A stretch of 56,161 nucleotides of DNA from Psammoneis japonica. Its lineage: Eukaryota. Position 1 is the stretch's first letter. The number at the start of each line of letters is the position of its first letter. Shown here piece after piece: positions 24,030-37,091 of this stretch. Position numbers and translations under genes: made by a program. The stretch spans positions 186,001 through 242,161 of the forward strand of contig QPGO01000127.1 of assembly GCA_008632985.1 (NCBI GenBank), in the 5' to 3' direction. Under the pieces are notes generated by a model. It saw only the letters and a list, made by a program, of their open reading frames with translations, made no database searches and was not told where the DNA came from.

Positions 24030-26265
24030 AAAAGTGCAGTGCAAAGCCCTGCTGGTGTGTGGTCAATGCTCGCAGGCATGGAGCAGACCGCTCATGTCAC
24101 TTTGGCTTGAAGGTTCCCTGCTGCTGCAGGGCAAAGCACTTGGCTCTTGGTTGTGCCCCTGCAACATGTGAGACAGTGGGTGAAATTGAACAGACCAAAT
24201 GACCCACAAAGCACTTGCCCTCACATCTTTGTCTTTTGCCAAAGACAGAAAGAAGGCTTTGCCATCTCCTGATCATGAATTTGTGCCATCGCTTAGCTGC
24301 AGCCAATTTGTGAGATGGCAACAAAAGCAAGCTGGCAAGAGATTTGACAGCTGTTTTTTTTTTGGCAAGAAAAGTGTGGCAGCTGAACTCTGGTTGATTT
24401 CTGTTCTTTGGTTGTTCCAACAATGGAGACAAAGTTGGAGTCAAGCCAATCCAAGCTCTTGTTGTTCCACAGAGGTTGACCAAGCTGCTCAGTGGCAGGC
24501 TCAGTTGGGCTGGCTTGCCAGAAAAGATGAGGAGGGGCAAAAAGAACACAGGCTTGGCAATTCTCAATTTCTGGCTCAGCTGGATGGTCACTCATTCAGC
24601 TGGAACAAGCGAGTCTTTCTCTGGGATGGAATCTGCAACTGATTTCTGGACCTTGGCTCCAGTGCAACAAACTCCATTGCTCCCCTTTTGTTGCTCTGGG
24701 CAGACAAATTCATTTGTTCTTGTTGCCTGCCAGTTGCCACTGACTGAGAGAGTTGACAGGCAGTGGAATTTGCATTCTTGGAGCCTCTCTAATGCTCTGG
24801 AGCAGGGACAGAGCAGGATGTCCAGCACAATCATTTTTGAACAAAACCCCATGGAACATGGTTCGGTCAAAGGATCATGTTGACTTTGATGTTTGTTGGT
24901 CACAATTTAACATCCCCAAGTTTTTTGTGTCACATTGCCACCAATTGCTGCATGCATGCATTCACTCATTTGCAGCTCAGTTTCACCAGTCACATCATTT
25001 CATCCCCCACACCTGCCTGCTTTGAACAACATGACAAAACAAATGGCATTGCCTTCTTCATGGAAAACATCAACTTGTCGAGGTTGTGCTTTGCACCTTT
25101 AAAATCTTCACATTGAAGGAAAACCAACCAACCTTTCACTGTTCCCACACCTTGAAAAGTTCCTTGTTGTCCTTCAAATGAATCCATGCTGCCCTTGATG
25201 TGAAGCAGTTGGCAGGGCAAGTGACCACATCACACACAGCTGGAGCCAACAAATCATGCATTGAGCATTGTGCCCTCAAAAATGCCGTGATCATCAATGA
25301 AAGATGTGGCAAGAAATGCACACTGTTTTGCTCTGGTCATGGCTTCCAAACACATGCACTGTGGAGGTGCTGGGCACCAAGTTTTTGGCACCATCATTCC
25401 TCCAAAGGATGCTCCAGCAGTCTTGCTCTGTCTTGCAAGCACTGTTTCCTGTTGCACTCTTTCACACAGCTGTCAAAAGCCCCTCTTTTAATTCTTGCTG
25501 TTTAGTGATGCCCAAGTTTTCTTGCTTGGAGCAGGCCGGCTCTAACTCTCACCTCACAACATTGTGCACAAAAAAACATGCAATTGGCCTGTCATTTGTT
25601 TGGGTGGTGGTTGCCATCTGTGATGGATGATGGTGGCCACAAAGAGATGACAATTGGTGGCTTCCATGTGGAAAAGTGCAGCAAAGCATCACTGTGTGAT
25701 CAATGCTCACAGGCGTGAAGCAGACCATCTGCGGCACTTTGGCTTGTCAGCTCCCTGCTGCTGCAGGAGCAAAGTGCACCAGGCTGGTTGTGCACCCAGC
25801 ATGACATTTGAAGATGGCAAGTGAAAGCAAATGCAGGCCAAAGAACTCACAAAGTGCTCACACTTGCATTTCATGTTTCAGCTGCAACCAATTTGTGAGA
25901 TGGCAAACAAAAGCCAGCTGGCAAGAGATTTGACGGCTGGCTTTCCTTGTTTGGCAAAAGTGGCAGCTGGCCGAACTGGTTGGTTTCTCTTCTTTGGTTG
26001 CTTTGTCCAACAATTTAGCCAAAGTTAGAGTCAACAAGCCAAGCTGTTGTTGTTTCTGACAGAGGCCATCCAAGCTGCTTGGTGGCTCAGCTGGGCTGGC
26101 AGCACAGAAGAAGGGGAGCAAACACAACACAGGCTTGCATTTTCTCAATCTCTCCTTGGCCCCAGTGCATCAAACTCCCATTGCTCTCCTTTTGTTGCTC
26201 TGGGTGAACAAATTCATTTGTTCTTGCTGACTGTCAATTGCCGCTGAGAGAGTTGACAGGCAGCA
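24030..26265 (+). repeat. Diverged direct duplication (~24030-24770 versus ~25670-26265) of decayed sequence
   Basis: Collinear shared blocks, e.g. CCAATTTGTGAGATGGCAA..GCTGGCAAGAGATTTGAC and CTGAGAGAGTTGACAGGCAG. Confidence 0.8.
25021..25085 (-). pseudogene. Short decayed fragment of the 3' end of an M8 protease gene
   Basis: Aligns to ~32676-32735: VFYKEGDAIYFV becomes VFHEEGNAICFV. Confidence 0.7.
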
Positions 26266-27919
26266 GGTTTTTGCCAGCACACAATCTGCACAGTCTGTGT
26301 GGAGCACAAATTTGTAAATTTTTCTGATGCTTTCACATGTCATCAAATTTTCTCTGCAGAGTGGTTCGCCAGCTGTGTGTTGCTTTGCTTGCGAGTCTCT
26401 AAGAAAGCAGCATTGCAAGTGTGTGCACAAGGTTTTGTGCTGAGACTGGGTTTGCAGCAAGCACAAGGACACTGAGCAGAAGGAGGAGCCACAGCTCCAC
26501 ATCATCATTTGTTGATTGTCTCACTGACCAGAAATCTGACAATGACAAGACAGCCGCAACAGTTGCTTGAGAATGACTGAACAAATGAATGTGAGATTGA
26601 CTTTTCCAATCTGAGTTTTTGAACAACAATGAGACAATTTTAACAGCTGTGCTCATGTTCACACCCATCTCTCACTGCTGCCTTGTTGAGTTGTTGGCTG
26701 CCCTCAAGAACACAGACAATGGGGGGGGCATGTGCACTGCCAACTTGCAGCAGCTTTCATGGTGGGAAATGTTCTGCAGAAAGAAGTTGACACCTGTCAT
26801 TTTCCCAAACAAGTGCGAGTCTCACAACTTGGCTTGGCCCTGGCTTGGGTGCTGATTGCTTTTTTGCATGCCACAGCAGACATGGCCACAGCACCAGCTC
26901 AAGCTTTGGTGGTGTCAGCAGCACCAGCAGTGGATGTTCTTGACAATGCACCACTGCACATTTGTGGCATTGCTGATGTTGGCACAAGGGCTTCTTTGGC
27001 ATTTCACAATGAACATGTTGTCTTGGGAAACATTGCAGGTCATGGAGAGAAACTCAGACATCCAGGAAATGGTGAACAGAGTGGGGCAGTGGGGCTTCAT
27101 GAAGCATCTGCATTTTTTGTTGGATGCAATGCATGTTGGTCTTGAGACAGGAAATGTTCCTTCATTTGTTGTGGCCTGGAATGTGTGAGCATGGAAAAAA
27201 GAGCAGCCTGTTCAGCAGCTCTGTCATGTCATGCAGCATGTTGTGGTGAGATTGTGCACACACTGCAGAACAGCTGCAGCTGCAGCAGGCAGTGCTCTTG
27301 GCATGTTGTGCAGTGCTGCTGGCAAGCACTCTCACTCTTGACCCAACATGTCTTGTGTGCCAACATTGTTTGCCATGGAGGTGGTTGGGTCTGATTCAGC
27401 CTTGACTTTGAGGACAGAAGAAGTGCAATCCTTGGCAAGGTGAGATGCGCGACATTCATGTTTTGCTTGCAATGCTTGTGTGTGTGATGCACCAGGCTTG
27501 TTTGCCACAGAGCAGAGCTGGCACTTCAGGCATCTGATGGATGGGATCTTGAACATTGAGCCCTTTTTCTTTGGCTTTGTTGCCCCTGGCAGAGGAGTTC
27601 TGAGTGCTCACAGTGCTGCCACTGAGGGAGCATGGTGCATGGTGAGCTTTATTCTCATGGAGAGTCTTTGCTTCTTTGGGTGGAGCCATGATGGTTTGCT
27701 GCTCTTTTGCAGGAGAAATCCACTTTTTTCAGATTCCATGAGGATCCTGTGCCATGGTTCTCAGCTTTGAACATGTGTTTGCAGATGCCAACATCTGACC
27801 CATCTTTTCACAGTGAATCTTGCACTTGTTCTTGATGTCTGTGATGAAATCTGAACTGGCAAACATGAGGTGAGCCTCTTGAACACAGTGAGGATTCTTC
27901 AGCAGTGAGATGGAATTTT

Positions 27920-28435
27920 TGTTTGATGAGGATGGGAACCATCCCAGTCAATTTGGAGACCAAGGCATGGAGTGTTGAAACCTTGTGCGTGTGCCCAGAG
28001 GAACTCAGTCAGGACATGCAAAACAACAGGCAGTGGCCTCTCAAGCTGCTGGGGATGAGCCAGACTTTGCAAAAGGCAACAATCCTGATGCCCGTGCACA
28101 GCCTTTGTCATGGATGCTGCTGCAGCTTTCCCTTTTTCATCTCATGGGTGGAGCAACACCACCATTTTCAGAATGGATCAAACATTGGAGAGAACATCCA
28201 AACTCCTGCAATGATGTCGTGAACAAGTTTTAGCCAAGGAAGGCACTTTGGGTGTCAGCAAGTGTCCCAACAGATTCCAGGTGTCAGGGCCTTGGGTTTG
28301 CAGTGCCTCAACTGTGTTCATCAAAATCTGCATGAGAACCAAGGAAATGCTCTGTGAAAGATGAGTCTGGCAGCAGTGTGTCTGGCAAAATTCCTTCTCA
28401 CGCAGTTTTCCTCACATGCCATGATTCGCTTCATT
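27920..28435 (+). pseudogene. Decayed partial copy of the MsrA-like gene (3' half plus 3' flank)
   Basis: Collinear with ~6397-6955; TpA and most CpG replaced by TpG/CpA. Confidence 0.93.
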
Positions 28436-28954
28436 TCACCCGCCAAAGTCTGCCAAAAGCAGACATTTGCTCGATGTTGCTGTCACGCATTCTCCATGAT
28501 TTGTTGCAAAATTGTCACAATCTCTTGATGGACTCAACATTGGCAAAAATTGTGGACACTCTTGAGTGAAAAGATCTGTCCAATGAAGGCGCTTTGTGTG
28601 CCAGTGAGAGTCCATGCGGATTGCTGGACTCGCCACCTGTTGGCATTGTGCTGCAGTCCTTGCAGTGCTTTGACATCATGCAAAACTCAATGAAACCATC
28701 CATGGCACAGAGAAGGTAAACAGAAGGATCACTGCTGTGTGTGTGTGTGCTGTGGAAACAAGATCTGTTCATGCATGCTTCCAATCAATCTTCCATCCTA
28801 ATGTGAGTCATTTGACATGCAACAAGCATGAGTCTGCAAAGTCCATAAAAATGCCAATCAATTTTTCACCCTCAAATCAATGGGCAAGCTGCAACACGCA
28901 TCAGAGTGGCACCACATGACAAGTCGTTTGCACGACTGGCGCCTGCTTCATGAT

Positions 28955-29746
28955 TCATGACATCCACCACAACATCAGAGGAACAGCAAGGAGGAGCATC
29001 ATGGCAAGCAGCGCCGTCGCATGCAAGGAGCAAGACATGCCAGAAGAAGTCAAGGGCATCTTCTCTGTTGGCAAGGGCGTCTCCACTGGCAAGGGTGTCT
29101 CTGCTGGCTTGAACACAATTTCATCATCGCAGGCAACAACAGAGTGATCCGCAAGCTTGAGAATCAAGCCCATGTTGTCGCACTCAGCCGAGACCAAGTC
29201 ACCACCCGGAGCATTCTTGCAGTTTGGCAAAGTCAGTGGATCAGACATGAGGCCACAGAGTTCACAGCCAAGACACTCTGTGCCTTTGAGCGCTGCCTCG
29301 CATTCGGTCACAAAAGTCCCAAGACCACAGAAGAGCTTCATGCAATGGGACTCTCCATCAAGGACATCAGTTCCCGCAGTGTAAAATGTGCAAATCAACT
29401 CGGATTCGGGGCAGCCAGCAAAGAAGTCATGCTCCACAATGTGCTGCATTGTTCTGCACACTTCGCCGCAGCATGCTTCTCCTGTTGCATTGCAAGAAAT
29501 GCTGTGTCTGCCGCTGCAGCTGCAGCTGAAAGGACAGCCACACATGTCTTGACCTTCTGATTCGTGTGTGTCTTCGAGCTCCTCACAGGTTGAAGAATCC
29601 AGGCAGCGACCATCTTTCACCATGTCTTGGAAAATTGGAACGAGCTTCATTCCCACACAATGCATCATCGCAGGTTCGACAACACATGACACGTCGGTGA
29701 TGGCACCGAGAATCATCACCAGGGATGGAGAGGACACTTTCACCAT
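28955..29746 (-). CDS. Secreted Cys-rich, probably GPI-anchored surface protein; hypermutated and probably non-functional
   Basis: Open 263-aa frame with signal-like N-terminus, Cys-rich core, ETPLP repeats, then SSG and a hydrophobic C-terminus. Only one Tyr; sequence nearly TpA-free. Confidence 0.65.
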   Translation of the reverse strand: MVKVSSPSLVMILGAITDVSCVVEPAMMHCVGMKLVPIFQDMVKDGRCLDSSTCEELEDTHESEGQDMCGCPFSCSCSGRHSISCNATGEACCGEVCRTMQHIVEHDFFAGCPESELICTFYTAGTDVLDGESHCMKLFCGLGTFVTECEAALKGTECLGCELCGLMSDPLTLPNCKNAPGGDLVSAECDNMGLILKLADHSVVACDDEIVFKPAETPLPVETPLPTEKMPLTSSGMSCSLHATALLAMMLLLAVPLMLWWMS

Positions 29747-30220
29747 GTTGACAGTGGGATGCTTTTTCTTGCGTTTTAGTTCTTTGTGGGATTGACAATT
29801 CTGTTGCATCGTTTGCTCTCTCGTACAGCTACGCAGAAATGAATACGATGTACGAGACATCCTTGACAACATGGTTCGCATCGCAAATTGTCATCATTCA
29901 TGTTCATCATGACCAACTTTCGCGCTTCCAGCTTTGAGCTTTGTGCTGTCCATCCATCGCGCGCACAAATAATGTACTGTAGGTTGGGCCCTCTATTATT
30001 CTAATTTTCTAATGAATGGATATAACAAATTTATACATTTATATGATCATTATAAAGATATTTCACCAACGACAATCCCGTTGCTCACAATTTTGAAGTT
30101 TTGTCAGTTGTTAGTTGTTTGTTACGATGAGGTTGTTCATTCGCATCGCGATCCCTTCATCTTGATGAAGCCTTCATCAATCCGTTGCTCATACTTTTTA
30201 TGCTCTAGCTATTGTTGACG

Positions 30221-32487
30221 ATGAGGTTGACCGTTCGACCATGCTCTGCTATCCCTTTTGCTTCTTGTGTGATGTTTGCTTGGGCTGTATTGTTGGCGGA
30301 TGCAACTGAGACAGTTCCAATTACAGTGGCGATATTGTATGATCGAAACCCAAGTGAAGTGGGTTGGAAACTTATTTGTAACGACGAGGTTTACGCAGAT
30401 CGACTTCCTTCGGATCATGGGGTGTACTTTATGGAGCAGCTTGCTTTGGAAACCTTTCATGTTGAGGAAGGATCCTTGTGCAACTTTGTCATTTATGATG
30501 AATACGGAGACGGCATATGTTGTGCTAGCGGAGATGGGTGGTACAAAGTACTTCTCGGGGAAGTAAGAGATAGAACTGCAATGTACTCACGAAAACAAAA
30601 ACACGTGATACTAGAGGGAGGGAATTTTGCCGAGAGAGAGGAATATGTCTTTCTAGCACAAGTATCATCACCTACAGTTTCACCGAGTCCAACTATACAA
30701 CCCTCTGCGGTGCCCTCCATGAGTCCAACAATATCTTTGGTACCTTCACAGACTCCTTCCATAAGTCCTTCTTTGACACCATCAAAGTCTATGACTCCGT
30801 CCATGACACCATCATATCTACCAAGTGTGATACCGTCAGTCTCGGCTGCACCAACTCTCCCCACCTTTCCCATCACAATCGCTATTCAGCTTGATCGCTT
30901 TCCACAAGACACGGGATGGAGCCTAGATTGTGACGGAATCAGTTACGCAAACTACAAAGCAAACTCTTATTCTGGACAGCTTTATCACCTTATTCAAGAA
31001 ATGATCCTCGTTAAGGAGGGCTCTGAATGCGTTTTCTCCATCACGGATGTGTTTGGTGACGGGTTATCCATCGGAGGCTATTTTCATGCGTTTTGGAACA
31101 ATGAGCTGCTCTTTCAGGGACAAGAATTTGACTATTTGTTTCAGATAAAGTTTGACGCAATTCCTTTTGCACCAACGGCTTCACCAGTGCCGTCCATTTC
31201 TCCTTCACTTGCACCTACCAGTAGTCCGACCACTTCATCTGTGCCCACTGTTTTTAGTGGTAAGTTTCAATCTCAAACCGAGATTTTGCGCTTTCTTTCC
31301 TACGTCGGTTTATGTCTTCTTAATCAAATCGTCTTACCTATTGTTCTTCAGACTGCCAACTAGATGATCCGACCAAGTTCAATATCTGTGTCGACTCTCA
31401 GTCGGGTGGGACTTACTCTGTTGATTGGACTCAATACGTGAATGATGCCAAGGACAAATGGGAGAGAATCATCACAAACGACACAACGATTGGCGTTCCC
31501 GCTTCGGAGTTGGAAGAAATGAACGTTCCATTTTGCAATGGTTTCCCGGCTGTTGTCGACGACCTATACATCTGTGCTCGTGATGTTGACTATGACGGTG
31601 TTGGAGGAATCTTGGGAGAAGCAGTGGTATCAGCTCGCAGTTGGAGCTCTGGTCTTCCTATTGCCGGATACATACAGTTTGATACCGCCGACGTTGAATC
31701 GCTCCTAGCTTCTGGTACTTTCGAGTCACTGATTTTGCACGAAATGGGCCAGTAAGTTTGTCGTATCATTCCTTTTATTTCCCGCTGCGCTTGACTCTTC
31801 TAATGCTCGAAAAACTCGATTTAAACTCATTCGTAGTCTGCTGGGTATAGGCCCGTAAGTTCTCGCCATTTCGCTTGATGCGTGATATTGTAACTCGTTG
31901 TCTAATCCCTCTGCGTTGCTGTTCATTCAATCCTCAAAAGCTTGTGGAAATCAGCCGGCCTCTTATCAAATTCGGGATCATATGACGAGCCGAACTGGGA
32001 TTATGTTGGGCCTCATGCTTGTGCGGAGTGGCGGAATATCACAAACTGCACAGGTTGCCCGCCACTAGAGAATTTTGACTTTCCCGGTTTTGTTCCGGGT
32101 CATTGGGAGGAAAGCGTCATGGAGCACGAGTTAATGACAGGTCTATCTGAGCCGGAAGGAATTCTAAATGCCCTATCGAGAATAACTATAGGAAGTTTGG
32201 AGGACTTGGGATACGTTGTGGATTATAGTCAAGCGGACGATTATTCGTTTGAGAATCTCGAGTGTCCAACCGCCAACAAAAATCGTCGTTTAAATACAAG
32301 AAAAAGCCTCAGCCAGGAAGGAAAACAGATTGCACTGGAGCATGGTAAACAACTCTTGAATGAAGCCAAAAAGAATAGAGACGGTGACCGTGCTGAAGAG
32401 TCTGACATTATGTACACAGCTGATAGTCACATCAGTGTAATGTACCAAGAAGATAACACCATATTTATCGTCGATGTCGACGCATAA
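30221..32487 (+). CDS. Secreted leishmanolysin-like (peptidase M8) zinc metalloprotease, 4 exons
   Basis: Exons 30221-31259, 31352-31751, 31837-31854, 31941-32487 (GT-AG). Spliced HEMGHLLGIG, GHWEE..ELMT, LSRITIGSLEDLGY, plus PS/PT-rich linkers. Confidence 0.88.
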
Positions 32488-32663
32488 GTTAAACGACAGT
32501 CAGCATAGCTAGCGTTACTTATTCTTAGAGCCTAGGAACAGAGCAGGAGAGAGAGTCCGTTGAACGGAGTCCGGGCAAGAAGCGTATTGCCACGTGTTTA
32601 GTATGTCACGCTCCGATACATTCATGAGTTTATTATGTGTGGCTATTTTACCATTCACACCAG

Positions 32664-34445
32664 TCAGTCCCCCGTTTGAACAACATCGACAAAATAAATG
32701 GCATCGCCTTCTTTGTAGAAAACATTGAGTTCTCGACCCCCCGTATATTCTACGCCATTGTTGTTTCCCCCCAGTGTCGCTCCAGTAGCCTTGCTCTCTT
32801 GCAAGAGCCGTTCCCCGTGCTCGCGTGCAATTCTCAAACCCTCTCACTCAATCTTGGTAATGTTCTTTGTTTTCTTTTCTTTTTTAAATACCGTTTGCTA
32901 CCCAACGTTGCCGTAGAACACGACGCAATCGAATAACCATTTGGATAGTCATCCGCCATGGTGTAATCTACACTGTAGCCCAAATCCTCCAATGCTCCAA
33001 TTGTGACGCGCGACAGCGGATTGGTTGCAACTCCACCGGCTTGAGCATAGCTCGTCATTAGCTCATACTGCATAGACGATTCGTCCCAATGTCGTCCCGC
33101 ACTCACACCGTTCCAATGCTGTTATCAATGGGTGGACAAGCACCGGTGCAGTTGGAAATGTCGGCCCATTCGTCACAAGCGTGCTGGCCTGTGTAGACCC
33201 ATTCGCTATTGTTGTTGCGTGACACCAAATTCTTGTATCGCCACATGGTCCCGATTCCCAATAAACTATACGAGTAGACGGCAGGAACACACAAAGTAGA
33301 AGAGAAAAGAAAATGAGCTCCCCCAAACATCTTTGTTACTCACTGTCCAATTTCATGGAGAGCCACATCGTAGGCTGCCCCATTTTCAATAAAACTTGGT
33401 AAATCCTCCGAATCAAACCGAATATATCCCGTGAGAGGCATTTTGTCTTGGGACGAAATGGCGGTAATTTCCGCTTGTCCCAAGATACCACCGCGCCCAT
33501 CAATGGTTCCGTCTTGAACACAAATGTACAAGTCATCCAGATAGGGTGGCAGCTCATTGCAAATGGGAATGTTGAAATTCTGCAACGCAGACGAAGCAAT
33601 GGGCGGACGTGGGTTATTCGTATTGCCATCCAGGACGCGTTCCCATTTGGACTTGGCTTGTTGTACGAGAAGCGTCCAATCACTCGTGTAGTTATTGTTG
33701 CTCATAAATTCCATGCAAATGTTGAAATTGGAAGAATTCATAGCGGAACATGCTGGAAATATAAACAAAAATAGTTGTGGTGAGAAAAATACAGAAACTT
33801 GCAATCAGCAGTACAAACTGCACAAGATAATAGCATACCATGATATTGCGTTGGTGCAATTGATGGAGCGATTGATGGACCCACTGTTGGGCCCACTGAC
33901 GGTGCTATTGTTGGGCCCACTGTCGGTGCTGTTGTGGGGCCCACTGACGGTGCTATGCTTGAGGTCGTCGGTTCCACGGACAGAAGTTGCAGCGGTGCCG
34001 GTGGTTCCACCACCACGAATGCAAATTCCTCCATGGACTGAAATTCTCCTCCCTCGTGCAACAGATCCGTTGCATCATTATAAAACAGCTGATAATATCC
34101 GCTTCCAGCTACACAACACAATCCGTCATTGCCCATGTCGACTATAATCCACTGACACGAAGCTCCCACGTTTAATTCAAATTGTATTGTAATTTCTTGA
34201 CCCGCCATGTTGATGTACGCCGAAGGCGATGCCGAATCGACTTGAATACCATCACAGACCAAACTCCATCCCGTTTCTATTGGGTTGTTATCCAGCATCA
34301 ACGTTAGAGTCAAATTGACGGTACTAGGTGCCAGAGTGGGAGCAACCGTGGTCTGTGCGTATGTTGCGTATGGCAGTAGCAACAAGCATAACACGCTCAC
34401 AACAACTAGACTTGATACAAACATGGTTGAATACATGGTCTGCAT
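32664..34445 (-). CDS. Paralogous leishmanolysin-like (M8) protease, 3 exons, two apparent 1-bp frameshifts
   Basis: Exons 34445-33839, 33752-33344, 33265-32664. Spliced HEIGHLLGIG, HWDE..ELMT, LSRVTIGALEDLGY. Frameshifts near 33108 and 32842. Confidence 0.82.
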
Positions 34446-35099
34446 GAACTTTGTCCGGGTGAGAAACCCGAGGCACTGCGACTTTGCTGCTGTGAGAATG
34501 TGACGTGGTATCTTACACGGGTTTGACTCTGATGAATCTGTGTACGTGCAAAGAATTCCTTACACGTTGATTCTCGCTGTATGCTCGCAACACCACACGT
34601 TTTTCAACCAACCAAAGAAGGGTCTTTTTCCGCCTCGTTTCCTCTTGATTGCAGGCGCTGGTTGTCATTAACGTCCTTGCGTATTTCGCACGAGTATGCT
34701 GTTGTTTTTGTTGGCTGTTGCTTTTTTTGTGTCTCTCGGCATTTTTCAGAATTTTCTCCCGCGCGCACTTTCACCATCACTGACAAAACACAATTTTATG
34801 AAAAGCATACAGGTATTTATAATATATTTTTTCAATCCGATTCGTGTTTTCATTCAGTTTTAAAAGTCACTAAGGTTTTTATGTTAAAAACGAATTTGTT
34901 AAAGGTGCGGTATCTTTCTTAAGTAGATTCAACCGTTGAAAGTATCCGTTCAGGTCAGTATCGAAATAATTGAGAATAAGAATTTCAGGGACACATATGT
35001 TCATGGTTTTCATCGACAATTTTTCTTGAGACTCCTCTTCATTGTCCCTGCACCAAGAAGCAAAAGTCCATTGTTATAGTGCCACCATGCCCCCCCCCT

Positions 35100-36890
35100 G
35101 AAAAGCTTGCAACATTTAGCTTGCACCCCCAGCATGCTGTTTAAAAAGTGCAGCAGGAGGAATGGATCCAGCCAGAGTGGTGGCACACAGCCCAAGATGT
35201 CGCCCCTGTCTCAGGCTTGAGAAAAAACAGGCAGAGGGGCACGACTGAGCACCATGATTCTCCCAGCATGTGCAACAGCTCTTTTGTGTCATCAACTCAT
35301 TGAGCACCCTGTCAGCCTGTCCCCGGGAGTGAGCCTGTCCACAATGTGATGGATGCGTTCCAGCCCTGGGGTGGGAGCTCGCAGCGCACATTTCCTCCAC
35401 GTGTGATCTTCGAAAAAATTGTTCTGGACTCGCTGTTTTGCAAAATCCCAGATGTTTTGCCAGACAAAGTTGTCGGAACATGAAGAATGAGCCAGGCACG
35501 CTCTTCTTCAATGTCCAAAGAATGCACCTGGCCAAGCAAAAAATGATGCACTGTGCTTCAATCATGGACGACTTTGTGCTTTCGCAAAATTGCCTCATTT
35601 TCTGTTGGCAATCATTGAAGCATTCACAATCTTGCAATTTTGCTGTGGAGCTTGCACACAGAATTCTGTGAGCCCAATGTCACACGGATTCCCGCACACA
35701 TGTCTGGAGTGCATCAATGGACAGACTGCGGGTGGATGTGATGACCAGACCATTTGGACAGACAGACAGATCTCTCTGAGATCTTCCTCTCACTTCTTTC
35801 CCACTGGCACTCATGTTGTCCCAGTCCCAGTGCTTGGGGAGTCTGTCACATTGCTGTCCTCATTGCCCTTCGGTGCACTGCCACTGACATTTTTTTTGTG
35901 GTGGCCTCCCTGCTGCACACTCCCCCTCGTTTGTTGTGCACTGGGCTTTGGCACTTGTCGTGTCCATTGGTCTCTCTCTGCATCATCCCCATTCTTTGGA
36001 TTGATCTGCATTGTCTTCTGCTTTTAGACATTGCAGATCAGGGGAGGGTGTCAGTCCATCTGCCACACTGCAGACACAGATTGCACATGCGGATGATGAC
36101 CAGACCATTTGGACAGACGAGAGCAGATCTCTCTGAGATGCCCAACATGATGCTTGCAAGCCCCATGTCAAGCCCGCCATTGGCTGCGCCGCTGGTGTCT
36201 TTCCTTCTTTTGCATCTCCAACTTGTGTTTTGAAGCCACAGTGAGATTCAATGAACCACCCTGAGCTGACCCCCACCCAGCCAAAACAGCCAGGCTGTGC
36301 TGCACACACTGTGAGAGAGGAGTTGCCAAGCATGAGGTGGTGGATTTGAGTGTTGGCTTTGCCATTGCCAACCAGCTCTGCCGTTCATCACATGGGTGGA
36401 GCAGGTGTGACAGATGCTCCTCCAGGGTGCCCGTCAGCTGTGCTTTGGTCTCATGACTCACAAGTCCAGCAACCTGTTGAAAGAGCCAGTGCACAGTGTT
36501 TTCCAAATCCCCTCCTCCCCAAAACACACATGAGAAATTCTGCAAGGCAAAGAGCTTCTGATGATGGCATCCTGGACACAGTGGCTGTGTCTGAGACCAA
36601 GGGAGCAGAGCAGTTGAGGAATCCAAACAGGAAGAAACTGCCAGATGCATCAAAGCAGGTGCTGTTTGTGTGTGAGTCATTGGGCATTTCTGCCATGCAA
36701 TCACCACAAAAAGTCCACAGAGGGAAGGAGGAAGCCATGGGAGGAGAAAAAGAGAAGTGTGCACAGGCCGCTCTCCACCTGGTCCGAGTCCATGTCATCT
36801 GAGGCGTGCAGCAAAATGTGCATCGGACACTTTCTGAGGATGCTGAGAGATGCCTTCTCCTTCCCTTTCTTCACACTGATCTGTCTCGAT
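35100..36890. other. TpA/CpG-depleted decayed block, probably TE-derived
   Basis: Near absence of TpA with many Cys/His-rich spurious ORFs; no recognisable domain. Confidence 0.6.
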
Positions 36891-37091
36891 TAAACTTTTA
36901 ACACAATGACTGTTATCTACAAGATGCATTAGCCTTGCGGTTGAGGGCAAGATCTTCAATCTCTCTTCTGCATGGCATTTAGAAAGCACTTCAATCATCT
37001 GTGCCGGATCGCTGACAGGTTCAATTCTTTCCTGTTATACTTAGCATCTAGAGAGTGTGATTGCTGGTCATAAAAGTGGCACAAAGATAAG

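Noticed and set aside
26280..27900. Possible decayed coding sequence
   Set aside because: Too eroded to assign by eye; would need TG/CA back-mutation followed by a homology search.
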